This document shows, one piece after another, positions 1-9,933 of a stretch of 64,000 nucleotides of DNA. The stretch's first letter is position 1; each line of letters begins with the position of its first letter. This DNA comes from TPA_inf: Saccharomyces (Eukaryota), in the NCBI GenBank assembly GCA_000146045.2, contig BK006941.2, positions 896,001-960,000 of the forward strand. The letters run 5' to 3'. The notes below the pieces were generated by a model. It saw nothing but the letters and a program-made list of their open reading frames with translations, did no database searches and was not told the origin of the DNA. The position numbers were made by a program, and so were the translations under genes.

Positions 1-1146
1 AATGCGTGGTCAACATTGTACGAAATCAGAAAATATCAGTTAGATTTTCTTGTATCTAATAATTTGACTTCATATCTATGTAATGCAATGATGCTGTCCA
101 CAAAAGAAAAAGACAATGCTGATGTAGAAGAGCAGGAAGAAGGAGAGGAGGAGAAGGCATTACGTGAATTACAATTTAAATATTCTTACACTCTAGCACA
201 ACAGAGGCACATTGAAACTGCAATCAAGACTCTAGAATCATTGATATTAAGTAAAAACCCAAATTACTACAAAGCTTGGCATCTATTAGCTCTTTGTAGG
301 TCTGTGCAAGAGGATAAGGAAATGTCGTACAAGATAGTTTGCTCTGTTCTAGAAGCTATGAATGAAAGTCTTCAGAACAATACTTTACTTCTGAATGATA
401 GATGGCAATTTATTCACCTAAAATTAACGCAATTGGCGCTAATTGAAGAAATTTTTGGCACTTTAGAGGCACTGGAGACACTTCCAGAGGTCTTTGAATT
501 ATACGCAACATTATTTCCAGATTCACAACCTGAATTGAACAGCATGGGTCCCAAATATTCTCAAACTAAAGAATATCTTTTACAAATGGTGTGGATTTTT
601 GCTGCAAATATGTACATGAGAACAAAAGACAATGATGAGGATGCCAAGGCCGCCATCAAAGAAGCCTCCAATGTCGAAAGTAAATTCAAGAATTTAAATT
701 GTAATATTGCTAACGGTTATTTATCAATAATAAAAGATGAACCAGGCGTGGCATTAAAGGAATTTGAAACAGTTCTGTACTATGATGAGAATAATTTAGA
801 TGCCTTGGTCGGATTCGCTGAATTAATTTTCCCTGAAGAACTAGGCGTCGAGGAAACTAATCTTGAGCGTTATTATACTCTCAGCCTTGATAAAAAACCA
901 GGTAAGAGGGCCAAACTTACGTTCGTTAATGACACAGATAGGTCAGCAGCGTATGCAAGACTAAAATTTCTATTGGAGTGCGCAATACTAGAATCGATCG
1001 AGGCTTACTATTCCCCAGAAGTTTGGTGGTATTTGTCCCTCATTTACGAGAAATATCAAGATGACGAGTACAAAAACTCTTTGCTAAAATGTATTAAATA
1101 CCAAGAGTTGAATCCCATTCGCTCCCTAAGGTATTGCAATTACTAA
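1..1146 (+). CDS. YPP1: C-terminal part of Ypp1 (YGR198W), TPR-like protein needed for plasma-membrane PI4-kinase (Stt4) localisation. The 5' end lies outside the window.
   Basis: The open frame runs from base 1 (frame 1) to the stop at 1144-1146. The ORF-track Met at 16 is internal. The product is helical and TPR-like, and the position directly upstream of PMT6/ELP2 matches chromosome VII gene order. Confidence 0.7.
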   Translation, partial: NAWSTLYEIRKYQLDFLVSNNLTSYLCNAMMLSTKEKDNADVEEQEEGEEEKALRELQFKYSYTLAQQRHIETAIKTLESLILSKNPNYYKAWHLLALCRSVQEDKEMSYKIVCSVLEAMNESLQNNTLLLNDRWQFIHLKLTQLALIEEIFGTLEALETLPEVFELYATLFPDSQPELNSMGPKYSQTKEYLLQMVWIFAANMYMRTKDNDEDAKAAIKEASNVESKFKNLNCNIANGYLSIIKDEPGVALKEFETVLYYDENNLDALVGFAELIFPEELGVEETNLERYYTLSLDKKPGKRAKLTFVNDTDRSAAYARLKFLLECAILESIEAYYSPEVWWYLSLIYEKYQDDEYKNSLLKCIKYQELNPIRSLRYCNY

Positions 1147-1501
1147 CGATAATTCTTCTGATATATACACACACATATATACATATGGGCGCAAGTATAT
1201 TCTGGTGTAAAGATACTCATAGAAAGCATAAAGATGTAATTCAATCTAGTTGTATTATATTATTCATTGATTTATATTAATTTGATGAACAATGGAACAT
1301 CTTCTCTTCAATAACGGTTTTGCCCATATACTTGACGTTATTAGGTTACCCGTTTTTATAAATGTAATAAGTTCAATAATTTGAAAAGAGCATTAGCTAT
1401 AGTCACGTTTCGCGTTGAAACAATTCTTTAAATTATCTTCTCTTGGCAGTTTAATATACCAAACGATAGTCCTAACATACTGTTTTTCTTATTATTTACC
1501 A

Positions 1502-3781
1502 ATGAGTAAAGCCAAGGGAACGGGATTTTCATCAATTGATACTGAAGATGAAAACTTACGCGAACGTTATGTTAATCAACCAAAAGCTAATGCCTCCGAT
1601 ATTCAAGATGAACAATTAGATTGCTTTGAGCAACTAGAAGAAAAACATAGGACAAAAAAAAATGAAGAATACACTGCGTTGAAAATTTTAAGGGATGTCA
1701 TAGGTCCCCTTTTATTAACTATAACTTCGTTTTATCTAAGATTCCAACATATAGATCAGAACAATTATGTTGTCTGGGATGAGGCTCATTTTGGGAAATT
1801 CGGATCATACTACATCAAACATGAGTACTACCACGATGTCCACCCTCCACTTGGTAAAATGCTTATTGCATTGAGCGAATGGATGGCAGGATTTGACGGT
1901 CAATTTGACTTTTCCTCTAATAATGCATATCCGGAAAACGTAAACTTTAAACTAATGAGACAATTTAATGCCACATTTGGAGCTCTATGTACACCAGTAG
2001 CTTTCTTTACAGCCAAATGGATGGGGTTCAATTATTTTACTGTTTATTTGATTGCTACGATGGTAACGTTGGAACATTCATATATTGTCCTCTCAAAATT
2101 CATATTGCTAGATTCAATGCTGCTTTTTTTCTCGATGACGACTTTTGCCTGTATGATAAAGTTGTATACGTTGAGAAAGCAACAAATGACGAAAAAATGG
2201 TCGTTATGGATGTTATTAACTGGTTTATCTATTGGTTGCGTTTGTTCTGTGAAATGGGTTGGTCTTTTTATCACAGTTGTAGTCGGCCTCTACACATGTA
2301 TAGAACTATTTTTGCTCTATTGTGATAAAGAATTGCCTAGAATAAAATATTACAAACATTGGCTTATCAGAATCATTAATCTGATAGTAATTCCTTTTCT
2401 TATCTATCTCTATTGCTTCAAAATTCACTTTGTGTTGTTGTACAAATCTGGCACGGGGGATTCTACTACAAATACGTTATTTCAGATAAACTTGGAGGGA
2501 ACTCAGATTGAGGCGGGTCCTCGTGATGTAGCATTTGGGTCAGAGTTAACCATAAGGTCGCATGGTTTAAGCCCGAATCTGCTGCATTCACATATTCAAG
2601 TATACCCAGAAGGCTCTGGACAGCGCCAAATCACTGGATATGGATTCGCAGACTCTAATAATGTTTGGAAGTTTGAATTTTCTAGGTCTTCTGGATTGGA
2701 ACTAGATCAGAACGGGACTTTGAATGGCAAAATAATCCCAATAACGGATGGTGTGGAAGTTCGTCTCAGCCATAAAAATACAGGATCGAATCTTCACTCG
2801 CATGATGTACCTTCTCACGTCTCTAGAGGAAATTATGAGGTTTCAGGCTATGGGTCACAAAGTGTTGGCGATGAAAAGGATGATTGGATAGTGGAGATTG
2901 TGAAACAAATGGATTCACCAAATCCCGTCTATTCTAATGAGAATTCAACTATTTTACATCCAGTTTCTACTTTCTTCAGGTTGAGACACAAAGTTTTAGG
3001 TTGTTACTTGGCTTCTACTGGATTGACGTATCCAGCTTGGGGATTTAAACAAGCTGAAATCGTCTGCAAAGACTCCTGGAGTCGTAGGGACAAATCGACC
3101 TGGTGGAATGTAGAAGATCACTGGAACCACAATTTAGAAACCGCAGAAGATTACGTTCCACCAAAATCCAATTTTTGGACCGATTTTATTCTAACTAATT
3201 TTGCCATGGCCTCCTCTAATAACGCGTTAGTGCCTGATGAGGATAAATATGATAGTTTATCGTCTGATGCATGGGAATGGCCAACCTTGCATAAAGGGCT
3301 AAGAATGTGTTCATGGGCGGGATATATCACTCGATATTACTTGATGGGATCTCCCTTCAATACATGGATTTCTACTGTCTCCTTAATCATCTTCCCATTT
3401 ATTATTCTTTTTATATTATATCGTTGGAGGAGACAAACGCTTTATCTCTCAGACGATCAAATCTGGCAAATAACGATACAGGGTATTTTTCCTTTCATTT
3501 CCTGGATGACACATTATCTGCCTTTTGCAATGATGGGGAGAGTGACGTATGTACATCACTACGTTCCCGCTTTATATTTTGCAATGCTTGTTTTCGGATT
3601 TGTGCTTGATTTCACTTTGACAAGAGTCCATTGGATGGTCAAATATCCCATCTATTTGTCATTGTTTGGCGGATGTATATACATTTATAATTTATTTGCT
3701 CCAATATGTCAGGGTATGCATGGTGATAAAGCGGAATACTTACCTTTGCAGTGGTTATCTACTTGGGATATCGCACCTTAG
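1502..3781 (+). CDS. PMT6: Protein O-mannosyltransferase, PMT family (YGR199W), 759 aa.
   Basis: The product has a multi-pass N-terminal domain, MIR-like central repeats and C-terminal TM helices typical of Dol-P-Man:protein mannosyltransferases. The ORF track starts at 1415, but the recalled 759-aa product corresponds to the ATG at 1502 (MSKAKGTGF...). Confidence 0.85.
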   Translation: MSKAKGTGFSSIDTEDENLRERYVNQPKANASDIQDEQLDCFEQLEEKHRTKKNEEYTALKILRDVIGPLLLTITSFYLRFQHIDQNNYVVWDEAHFGKFGSYYIKHEYYHDVHPPLGKMLIALSEWMAGFDGQFDFSSNNAYPENVNFKLMRQFNATFGALCTPVAFFTAKWMGFNYFTVYLIATMVTLEHSYIVLSKFILLDSMLLFFSMTTFACMIKLYTLRKQQMTKKWSLWMLLTGLSIGCVCSVKWVGLFITVVVGLYTCIELFLLYCDKELPRIKYYKHWLIRIINLIVIPFLIYLYCFKIHFVLLYKSGTGDSTTNTLFQINLEGTQIEAGPRDVAFGSELTIRSHGLSPNLLHSHIQVYPEGSGQRQITGYGFADSNNVWKFEFSRSSGLELDQNGTLNGKIIPITDGVEVRLSHKNTGSNLHSHDVPSHVSRGNYEVSGYGSQSVGDEKDDWIVEIVKQMDSPNPVYSNENSTILHPVSTFFRLRHKVLGCYLASTGLTYPAWGFKQAEIVCKDSWSRRDKSTWWNVEDHWNHNLETAEDYVPPKSNFWTDFILTNFAMASSNNALVPDEDKYDSLSSDAWEWPTLHKGLRMCSWAGYITRYYLMGSPFNTWISTVSLIIFPFIILFILYRWRRQTLYLSDDQIWQITIQGIFPFISWMTHYLPFAMMGRVTYVHHYVPALYFAMLVFGFVLDFTLTRVHWMVKYPIYLSLFGGCIYIYNLFAPICQGMHGDKAEYLPLQWLSTWDIAP

Positions 3782-3903
3782 TAAAAAAAAAAAAAACTCC
3801 AACTCCTTTACACAGAATCACGAAAATTGTAAATAATAATGCCAAATAAAGGCATTAACTTATTATCCTCTTCTTTTCACATGAGAAATGATATAGATAT
3901 TGC

Positions 3904-6270
3904 CTATTCATATGCTAATGAGTATATACGGGTGGACAAATCACTACTTCCTACACCTAAAAATAATTTACCGTTTCTCTTTAAATGTGACCACCTCAAT
4001 CTTGTAATTTTGTCTGCTGGTGTTATATCCTCGTTTAGCTGCGTTATTAACTCAAACTTTCCCAAAGTATAACTGTATAAATAAATCTCACCGTTTTCAA
4101 GACCCACCGATATCAAAATTTTCTCTCTTATCATGCTGTCATGTATGGAAATAGCAGTGACAGCTTTAGTGTGTTTAATTGATGCTTCCAGAACGTAGTC
4201 ATCAGCTGGCTCCTTTTGGTGCCTCCATACTTTGACAGTTTTATCCCTGGACGCGGTGACAAAAACATTACCAAACTCTAATGGTGCCCAGTCTGCATCC
4301 CATATAATCCTTGTGTGTGGTTTTTCATTTTTGAATCTCAATTCAAAAGTATTATCTTCCATATTTCTTTCCCAAAGCGCCCATTTTCTGTCTCTACAAA
4401 CACTCAATAAAAATTTTCCATCTTTAGAGAATTTTAATCTTGTTATCGTTAGACTGTGGAACGGTAATGCAGGCTTTATTTCTAACCAATTTTCTGTGCT
4501 GAATATTCTAATAACTGCATTCTGAACATTATTTGATCTACAAGCAGAAGCAATTAATTTCTGATCCGGAGAAATATCAAGACACGTTATTTCAAAACCA
4601 TGTCCGTAAAGCTTTTCCACTTCAGGCCATAACAAGTGTCTTTGCAATTGGTCTTCCATAGGTGGACATTCTAGCAAGGACAATGGATCAGTGATATCTG
4701 GTGTTTCTTTATTACCACCTTCCTCCTCTTCATCATCTTCATTTGCGTCATCCTCACCAGCTTTATTAGACAAACCTAACACAGGAACGGTAGCAGAGTC
4801 TGGCATTTCACTTTTTTCCTCAAATTGAATACCAACAAACTTTTGTAACATTCCTGCCACCCCTTTAGGTAGGTCAAATGATCTCAAGATTTTTTCATCA
4901 CCACCACTTACAAATCTGGTATCCGTCACTGTCTCAACACAAATCATATCATAACCATGTATTTGTGGCCTAGAAAATTCATGCCAGGTAGCTATTTCCC
5001 TTTTTCTCCCGCTGGCATCATAAATCCATGGAGCAAAGAGTCTAGTGGTCTGATCCAGAGAAGTAGCCAATAGGTACTCGCCGCTAGGAGACCAAGCAAT
5101 GTCCGTCACATCCTTCGTGGCACCGGATATGCCCAACCTTTGATCGCAAATAATATTATCCTTTGTAGCCCACATCCTCCAGGACCCAGTCTTACCATTG
5201 GTCAAAAAGAAATCCATTCTCTCATGAGTAAACCATAGACAGGACCAAAAACCTCCAGAGGAACCCGTTGCAGTTGAGGCACCTTTTGAGGACATTTCTC
5301 CTAACCGTAGACTGCACACCCAAATGCCTGAAGTCTCATCAGGTTCCCATACCATCAATGAAGTATCAGCAGTAGCAGCTAGTAGTTGTAAGCGACTTTC
5401 GTGCCACTGAAGGGATGAAATCCAATCATCATGGCCCATAATTAAGGCTTCAAAATTTATGCCTACTCTCAATTCATCATCAATTTGAAATTTATATTGT
5501 TTATTGCTCAATAATGTTAATTTCTTTGAATCTTCTTCAGAGTCATCGATTAAATCGTTAATCCTAATTCTCCACAATCTAATATAACGGTCCTGAGAGC
5601 CAGAGCATAACAAATAATCACCCGGAGTTTCCTGGTGACGGAAAGCCAATGACTTGACCCAGTCTTCATGACCTTCCAATTCTGCAACCACTCGACACTT
5701 CTCAATGCCAGAATCACTTAAAATGAAAGATGCGATAAAAACGTTCACATTAGTACCCCCAATGGCAAGTAAATACTTTTTTTCTTCAACTTTTGACAGT
5801 GATAAACACAGTGGATAGAAGAATCCCTTTTTTATGGTGAATTCATGAGCAAGACCAAACTCATCATTTTGAATATTTTGTCTCCATATGCTGATAGTAC
5901 CATCAGCACAACCGACTGAAATAAGACTTGGTAAAGCGCTTAATGCCACAATCGTCTTCGAGTAATGTTGAATGGTTTGAATACATTGTAAATGTGAGTA
6001 ATCAGTAAATTTCCAGATCTTAACATGATGATCCTCAGATGCAGATACCATAAAATCTGAATCTGGGACAAATCTGACACAAGTCACTTCAGCTTCGTGG
6101 CCTTTCAAAGTTGCATAAACACCTTTATTATTTGGTTCAATGGGGTCCCATAATGCAATAGTTTTACCTGCGCCAAATGCGACGATTTTTTTAACTTTGT
6201 GTATATCGCTAACCTGAGTTTGCTTGTTAGCACCTATAAAAATGGCTTCGGGAGTGATACATTCCACCAT
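3904..6270 (-). CDS. ELP2: Elongator complex subunit 2 (YGR200C), WD40-repeat protein, 788 aa.
   Basis: The 788-aa ORF has multiple WD40 repeats (recurring GH...WD motifs). Its length and its neighbours match ELP2. Confidence 0.9.
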   Translation of the reverse strand: MVECITPEAIFIGANKQTQVSDIHKVKKIVAFGAGKTIALWDPIEPNNKGVYATLKGHEAEVTCVRFVPDSDFMVSASEDHHVKIWKFTDYSHLQCIQTIQHYSKTIVALSALPSLISVGCADGTISIWRQNIQNDEFGLAHEFTIKKGFFYPLCLSLSKVEEKKYLLAIGGTNVNVFIASFILSDSGIEKCRVVAELEGHEDWVKSLAFRHQETPGDYLLCSGSQDRYIRLWRIRINDLIDDSEEDSKKLTLLSNKQYKFQIDDELRVGINFEALIMGHDDWISSLQWHESRLQLLAATADTSLMVWEPDETSGIWVCSLRLGEMSSKGASTATGSSGGFWSCLWFTHERMDFFLTNGKTGSWRMWATKDNIICDQRLGISGATKDVTDIAWSPSGEYLLATSLDQTTRLFAPWIYDASGRKREIATWHEFSRPQIHGYDMICVETVTDTRFVSGGDEKILRSFDLPKGVAGMLQKFVGIQFEEKSEMPDSATVPVLGLSNKAGEDDANEDDEEEEGGNKETPDITDPLSLLECPPMEDQLQRHLLWPEVEKLYGHGFEITCLDISPDQKLIASACRSNNVQNAVIRIFSTENWLEIKPALPFHSLTITRLKFSKDGKFLLSVCRDRKWALWERNMEDNTFELRFKNEKPHTRIIWDADWAPLEFGNVFVTASRDKTVKVWRHQKEPADDYVLEASIKHTKAVTAISIHDSMIREKILISVGLENGEIYLYSYTLGKFELITQLNEDITPADKITRLRWSHLKRNGKLFLGVGSSDLSTRIYSLAYE

Positions 6271-6519
6271 GATTATGGAACGTTAACTATATAAAGTTTT
6301 TGCAGGAACTGGGATATACAAATAGATATACTAGTCTCTACGTGCAATTGTAAGCTACCTCTGCCCATCGCCTAATATTAAAACAAAAAAATTTTTCATC
6401 TATTTCAATATCGGACACTTTTCCCGTCACGTGGAAACGGCTGACAAGGTTAATAAGAAGAAATCGCTTAAAGGACCGACCCAGGCTATAAATTATACTG
6501 ATCTTTATACACTATACTC

Positions 6520-7197
6520 TTATTTAATGGGTTGCATCTCAGTCTCACACATTTTGAAACTCTCAAATTCACCTTCAAAAAAGCGGGACTTAATTACTCG
6601 ATTAAACCAGCGCGTAACCTCTGGATGCTTAGACCTCCATGTTTCATCGAAAAAACTTATAAACCCTAGCGAAAAAGCAGCCGCTGAGATTAAATCAGCA
6701 AGAGTTTCGTGGTCATCACAGACAAGGTATTGCTGTTTCTTTAACCTTTTCTCGTAAAGCGAAACAATGGTGTCGACATTCTCTCTTGCGGCTTTGAATT
6801 CAGTGGCATTATATGGCTTTACGCCAATTAGAGGGAAAAACACCTCACAAACCTCATTCAAGAAATCACTGTTGGAAAGCGATTCCCATCTTAAAATATC
6901 TGCACGAGTTTTGAAGTCACCTTCGGGACCCAACAACTGGCGCACAGCTTCCTTGTCGCTCGACAGATGGATCAAGTAGTAGTCAATAGCCATTGCCTCT
7001 GTAAGCGTCCACTCGTCATGCGGTCCAACAAAAGTTGGGTACTTACGCAAGGGAAACTCCCTTTCGTAAAGTTGCTGAGCGTCACTTGGATCAGCAAGCT
7101 TAACGTCCAGCTTCAAGGAACGCACTAAACCTCTTGGCACAATGGTCCTAATCAACTTTCTCTCCTTCAAATCAGTAAACAGTGTTCCGTCAGACAT
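6520..7197 (-). CDS. YGR201C, uncharacterised protein with a GST-C / eEF1-gamma-like fold, 225 aa.
   Basis: The ORF track gives 274 aa from the ATG at 7342-7344. The recalled 225-aa product starts at the internal ATG at 7195-7197 (MSDGTLFTDLKE...). A glutathione-S-transferase C-terminal-like helical domain is present. Confidence 0.65.
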   Translation of the reverse strand: MSDGTLFTDLKERKLIRTIVPRGLVRSLKLDVKLADPSDAQQLYEREFPLRKYPTFVGPHDEWTLTEAMAIDYYLIHLSSDKEAVRQLLGPEGDFKTRADILRWESLSNSDFLNEVCEVFFPLIGVKPYNATEFKAARENVDTIVSLYEKRLKKQQYLVCDDHETLADLISAAAFSLGFISFFDETWRSKHPEVTRWFNRVIKSRFFEGEFESFKMCETEMQPIK

Positions 7198-7473
7198 TTG
7201 TAGTTTTCTACACAAAGATGCCGAAATCAATGATGAGCAAGTATCGAGTTCGCTTCGCACTGCTACATCTAGGCTTTTATAAGGGGTGGTATCGTTTAAA
7301 GGTGCGGCTATTAAAAGGGATGAATACGTGGGAAACGGTTGCATTACAGGAAAAACAGCTTTTTATCTTATTATATCTTTAAATATGTACATACGCTTGT
7401 TTATACGTGGAGGCGACAAAAAGGGTTGGTTGAAGGGAGAGAGAAAGAGACGCACAGAGATTGGAGGAGGGGC

Positions 7474-8748
7474 TCAGTTCGCTGATTGTTTCTTCTTCTG
7501 TGTTAGGTTTTCCAAAGTTAACCTGTCGTTGTCGTCGTCATCTTCACTGGGAGGCGTTGAGTTAGTGTTTGAATCTGAATCTGAATTTGTATTCGTGTTG
7601 TTAGAATTTGTGTCTTCATCATCTTCCTGACTGAAAAGATTTCCATTGTCATCCGGTGATTTAGCGGTAGAGTTTTCGCCCGTAAATTCGTTGGCAAACT
7701 CTGTAGCCGGAGAGGCCTCCCTGATTAGCTTCCTAGTAAACGGATCATCCAAAAAATTCTGTTTTCTTTGTCGTTGATTTTGTTTCTTTAATTCATTGCC
7801 TATTAACTTGGAGTAGAGTTTTTTGCCCAACGTTTTCTTTAGCAAGATTTCACGGACTTCGAAGTACAAGTCTCTGGAGGCGTTATTCAAATTTGTCTGG
7901 TTTTTCTTGAAATATGACCTGAATTCATTGATGTGTTTTTTGAACTCCAGTTCGTTTTTCTTCAACCAAGAAACGTTCAGCTCCTGTCTGGTAGCACCCC
8001 TTGCAAAGTTTCTCATCAAATATTTGTCATAATCTCTGATGATCTTTGTGATAATATCACTTGTAGAGACACCATTGGTTCTTTGGGTAGTCAAGAATTT
8101 TCCCATCTCCTTTATTGGCTTGTAGATATCGTCGCTGTCGGCGCTAACGTAAGGAATATCGTCATGTGCCACGTAGTCAATCTTGTGTTCTAGTAGAAAT
8201 TCTGGGGTGACACACCAGGGAGCGTTGGGCACGACTTCGTCAACCCATCTGCAGTGCGTTAAAGTTTCACAACGCTGCTTATCGGTCAGCACAGTCAAAC
8301 CTTTTAGTTTGTGAGTGATTTTGTCGCTAGGCACACCAACTATCAGTGTTACATTGGGGAAAGCCTTCTTACACTGTTCCAGTTGCTTCATGTGGCCAAG
8401 ATGGAAAAGATCAAAAACACCATCTGCATATATCCTGATGGGTCTATCCGTTGGAGGCAAATTGAATCTGAAACCTTTAGGACGATACTTGCGCAGTTCC
8501 TTGGGCAACTCGTTGGTGTAACGAGCCTCCTTCTCTTCAAACTCCTTCGTCAACCGGCGACGCTTGCGGGGAGTGAGCTGTGTGTCCTTATTTTCATCCT
8601 GGTTCTTACTCTCATCCTTATCCTCATTGTCCTGCTCTTCCGTTTCCTCACGCTGTCTTTTATTTTTATTTTTTTTAAATAGGTTTGATAGCGATGAGTT
8701 AGAAAGCTTAGCCCTAATCGAGGACTTCCCTGTTGTTGGGTTTGCCAT
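7474..8748 (-). CDS. PCT1: Cholinephosphate cytidylyltransferase (YGR202C), 424 aa.
   Basis: The product carries the cytidylyltransferase HxGH motif (GVFDLFHLGHMKQLE) and RTxGVSTS. The C-terminus is acidic and rich in Ser/Thr/Asn low-complexity sequence. Confidence 0.9.
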   Translation of the reverse strand: MANPTTGKSSIRAKLSNSSLSNLFKKNKNKRQREETEEQDNEDKDESKNQDENKDTQLTPRKRRRLTKEFEEKEARYTNELPKELRKYRPKGFRFNLPPTDRPIRIYADGVFDLFHLGHMKQLEQCKKAFPNVTLIVGVPSDKITHKLKGLTVLTDKQRCETLTHCRWVDEVVPNAPWCVTPEFLLEHKIDYVAHDDIPYVSADSDDIYKPIKEMGKFLTTQRTNGVSTSDIITKIIRDYDKYLMRNFARGATRQELNVSWLKKNELEFKKHINEFRSYFKKNQTNLNNASRDLYFEVREILLKKTLGKKLYSKLIGNELKKQNQRQRKQNFLDDPFTRKLIREASPATEFANEFTGENSTAKSPDDNGNLFSQEDDEDTNSNNTNTNSDSDSNTNSTPPSEDDDDNDRLTLENLTQKKKQSAN

Positions 8749-9236
8749 TTTTCTTTGTGTCTGCTGTGCTTTGTACTACCAAGAGAGAATAGCAAGAGTG
8801 AAATTTGAAAGTTAAACAATACAATAAAGAAAAGTGACTGGCGTATGCAAGAAAGGGGAATGGGTATAAAAAATACAAGAACGGCAGAAAAAATAAAAGA
8901 AACAGGAGAAACAAACAATGGTAACTGTACTAAAACCAATACCAGATATATATTTCATACTTATTAAAAAGCGTTAAGAAACGAAGCGTAAAAACGTAAG
9001 AAAAAGAATGACTATATAACGGTAGGTCTTCGACTCATTTTTTTCTTCCTACATGCAAACGACAAATACGGGTAATGCACATTTCGCTTATTGGGTTCTT
9101 CCCTTTCCTTTTTTCCATTTTTTTCTTTCTGGCTGTCGCTAGCCTTTCTACTTCCTCCGCACATACAGTTTTCAGCACAGTATAGATAGCTGTGCAGCCA
9201 GATAGAAGCAAAAGAGAAGTCAATTGCAAAAAAAAT

Positions 9237-9683
9237 ATGGACTCGTACTCAATAACAAACGTAAAATACCTGGATCCGACTGAATTGCATCGTTGGATGC
9301 AAGAAGGACACACTACTACGCTGAGGGAGCCTTTCCAGGTAGTGGATGTGCGAGGCTCAGATTATATGGGGGGCCATATCAAGGACGGATGGCACTACGC
9401 CTATTCGCGCCTTAAGCAGGATCCGGAGTACTTACGTGAGCTAAAGCACAGATTGTTGGAAAAGCAAGCGGACGGCCGCGGAGCGCTGAACGTGATTTTC
9501 CATTGTATGTTATCGCAGCAGCGCGGACCGTCTGCAGCGATGCTGCTGCTTCGGTCGCTTGACACGGCGGAACTTTCTCGCTGTCGTCTATGGGTGTTGC
9601 GTGGGGGGTTCTCGCGCTGGCAATCCGTATACGGTGACGACGAGAGCGTTACGGCGGGTTACCTACCCGATCTGTGGCGTTGA
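9237..9683 (+). CDS. YCH1: Rhodanese / Cdc25-like phosphatase domain protein (YGR203W), 148 aa.
   Basis: The rhodanese-fold active-site loop CxxxxxR is present (HCMLSQQRGP). The ORF track begins at 9192, but the recalled 148-aa protein starts at the ATG at 9237 (MDSYSITNVKY...). Confidence 0.8.
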   Translation: MDSYSITNVKYLDPTELHRWMQEGHTTTLREPFQVVDVRGSDYMGGHIKDGWHYAYSRLKQDPEYLRELKHRLLEKQADGRGALNVIFHCMLSQQRGPSAAMLLLRSLDTAELSRCRLWVLRGGFSRWQSVYGDDESVTAGYLPDLWR

Positions 9684-9720
9684 CAGGTTTACACAATCGC
9701 ACGTGATCATATATTTGCCA

Positions 9721-9726
9721 TGACTC
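9721..9726. promoter_or_regulatory. TGACTC (Bas1/Gcn4 core) about 210 bp upstream of the ADE3 ATG.
   Basis: ATGACTCC is at 9720-9727, and a TATA-like TATTATATATAG is at about 9826. ADE-regulon genes are Bas1/Pho2- and Gcn4-responsive through TGACTC. Confidence 0.4.
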
Positions 9727-9933
9727 CTCCCAGTGACAATTTTGTTCTTTTTTCCTCTTTATCGCTTTCGTACTATGGTCAGTCATTCATTCATTATATA
9801 CGCGCTCTCCATAACCCGTAACTTTTTATTATATATAGACTCGTTTACAATACAACGATAGCGATACCATTCAATTGAAGTTGTGAGACCAGGTAACGAG
9901 ACGAACACAACTTTACAAGTCAAATAAGAAATC

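Noticed and set aside
1987-3609. Internal or antisense ORFs within PMT6 (1987..2325, 2044..2274, 3307..3609), and similar ones within ADE3 (10540..12698), CCH1, CRM1, TOS2, AZR1, PHO81 and others.
   Set aside because: They are nested in or antisense to long, well-supported genes. They are short and low-complexity, and are the expected by-products of six-frame translation.
8550-8939. Minus-strand ORFs 8550..8939 and 8714..8914 and plus-strand ORF 8564..8815 around the PCT1 5' end.
   Set aside because: They overlap the PCT1 N-terminal coding region, which encodes a Lys/Glu/Asp-rich low-complexity segment, and its promoter. They have hydrophobic low-complexity products and no independent support.
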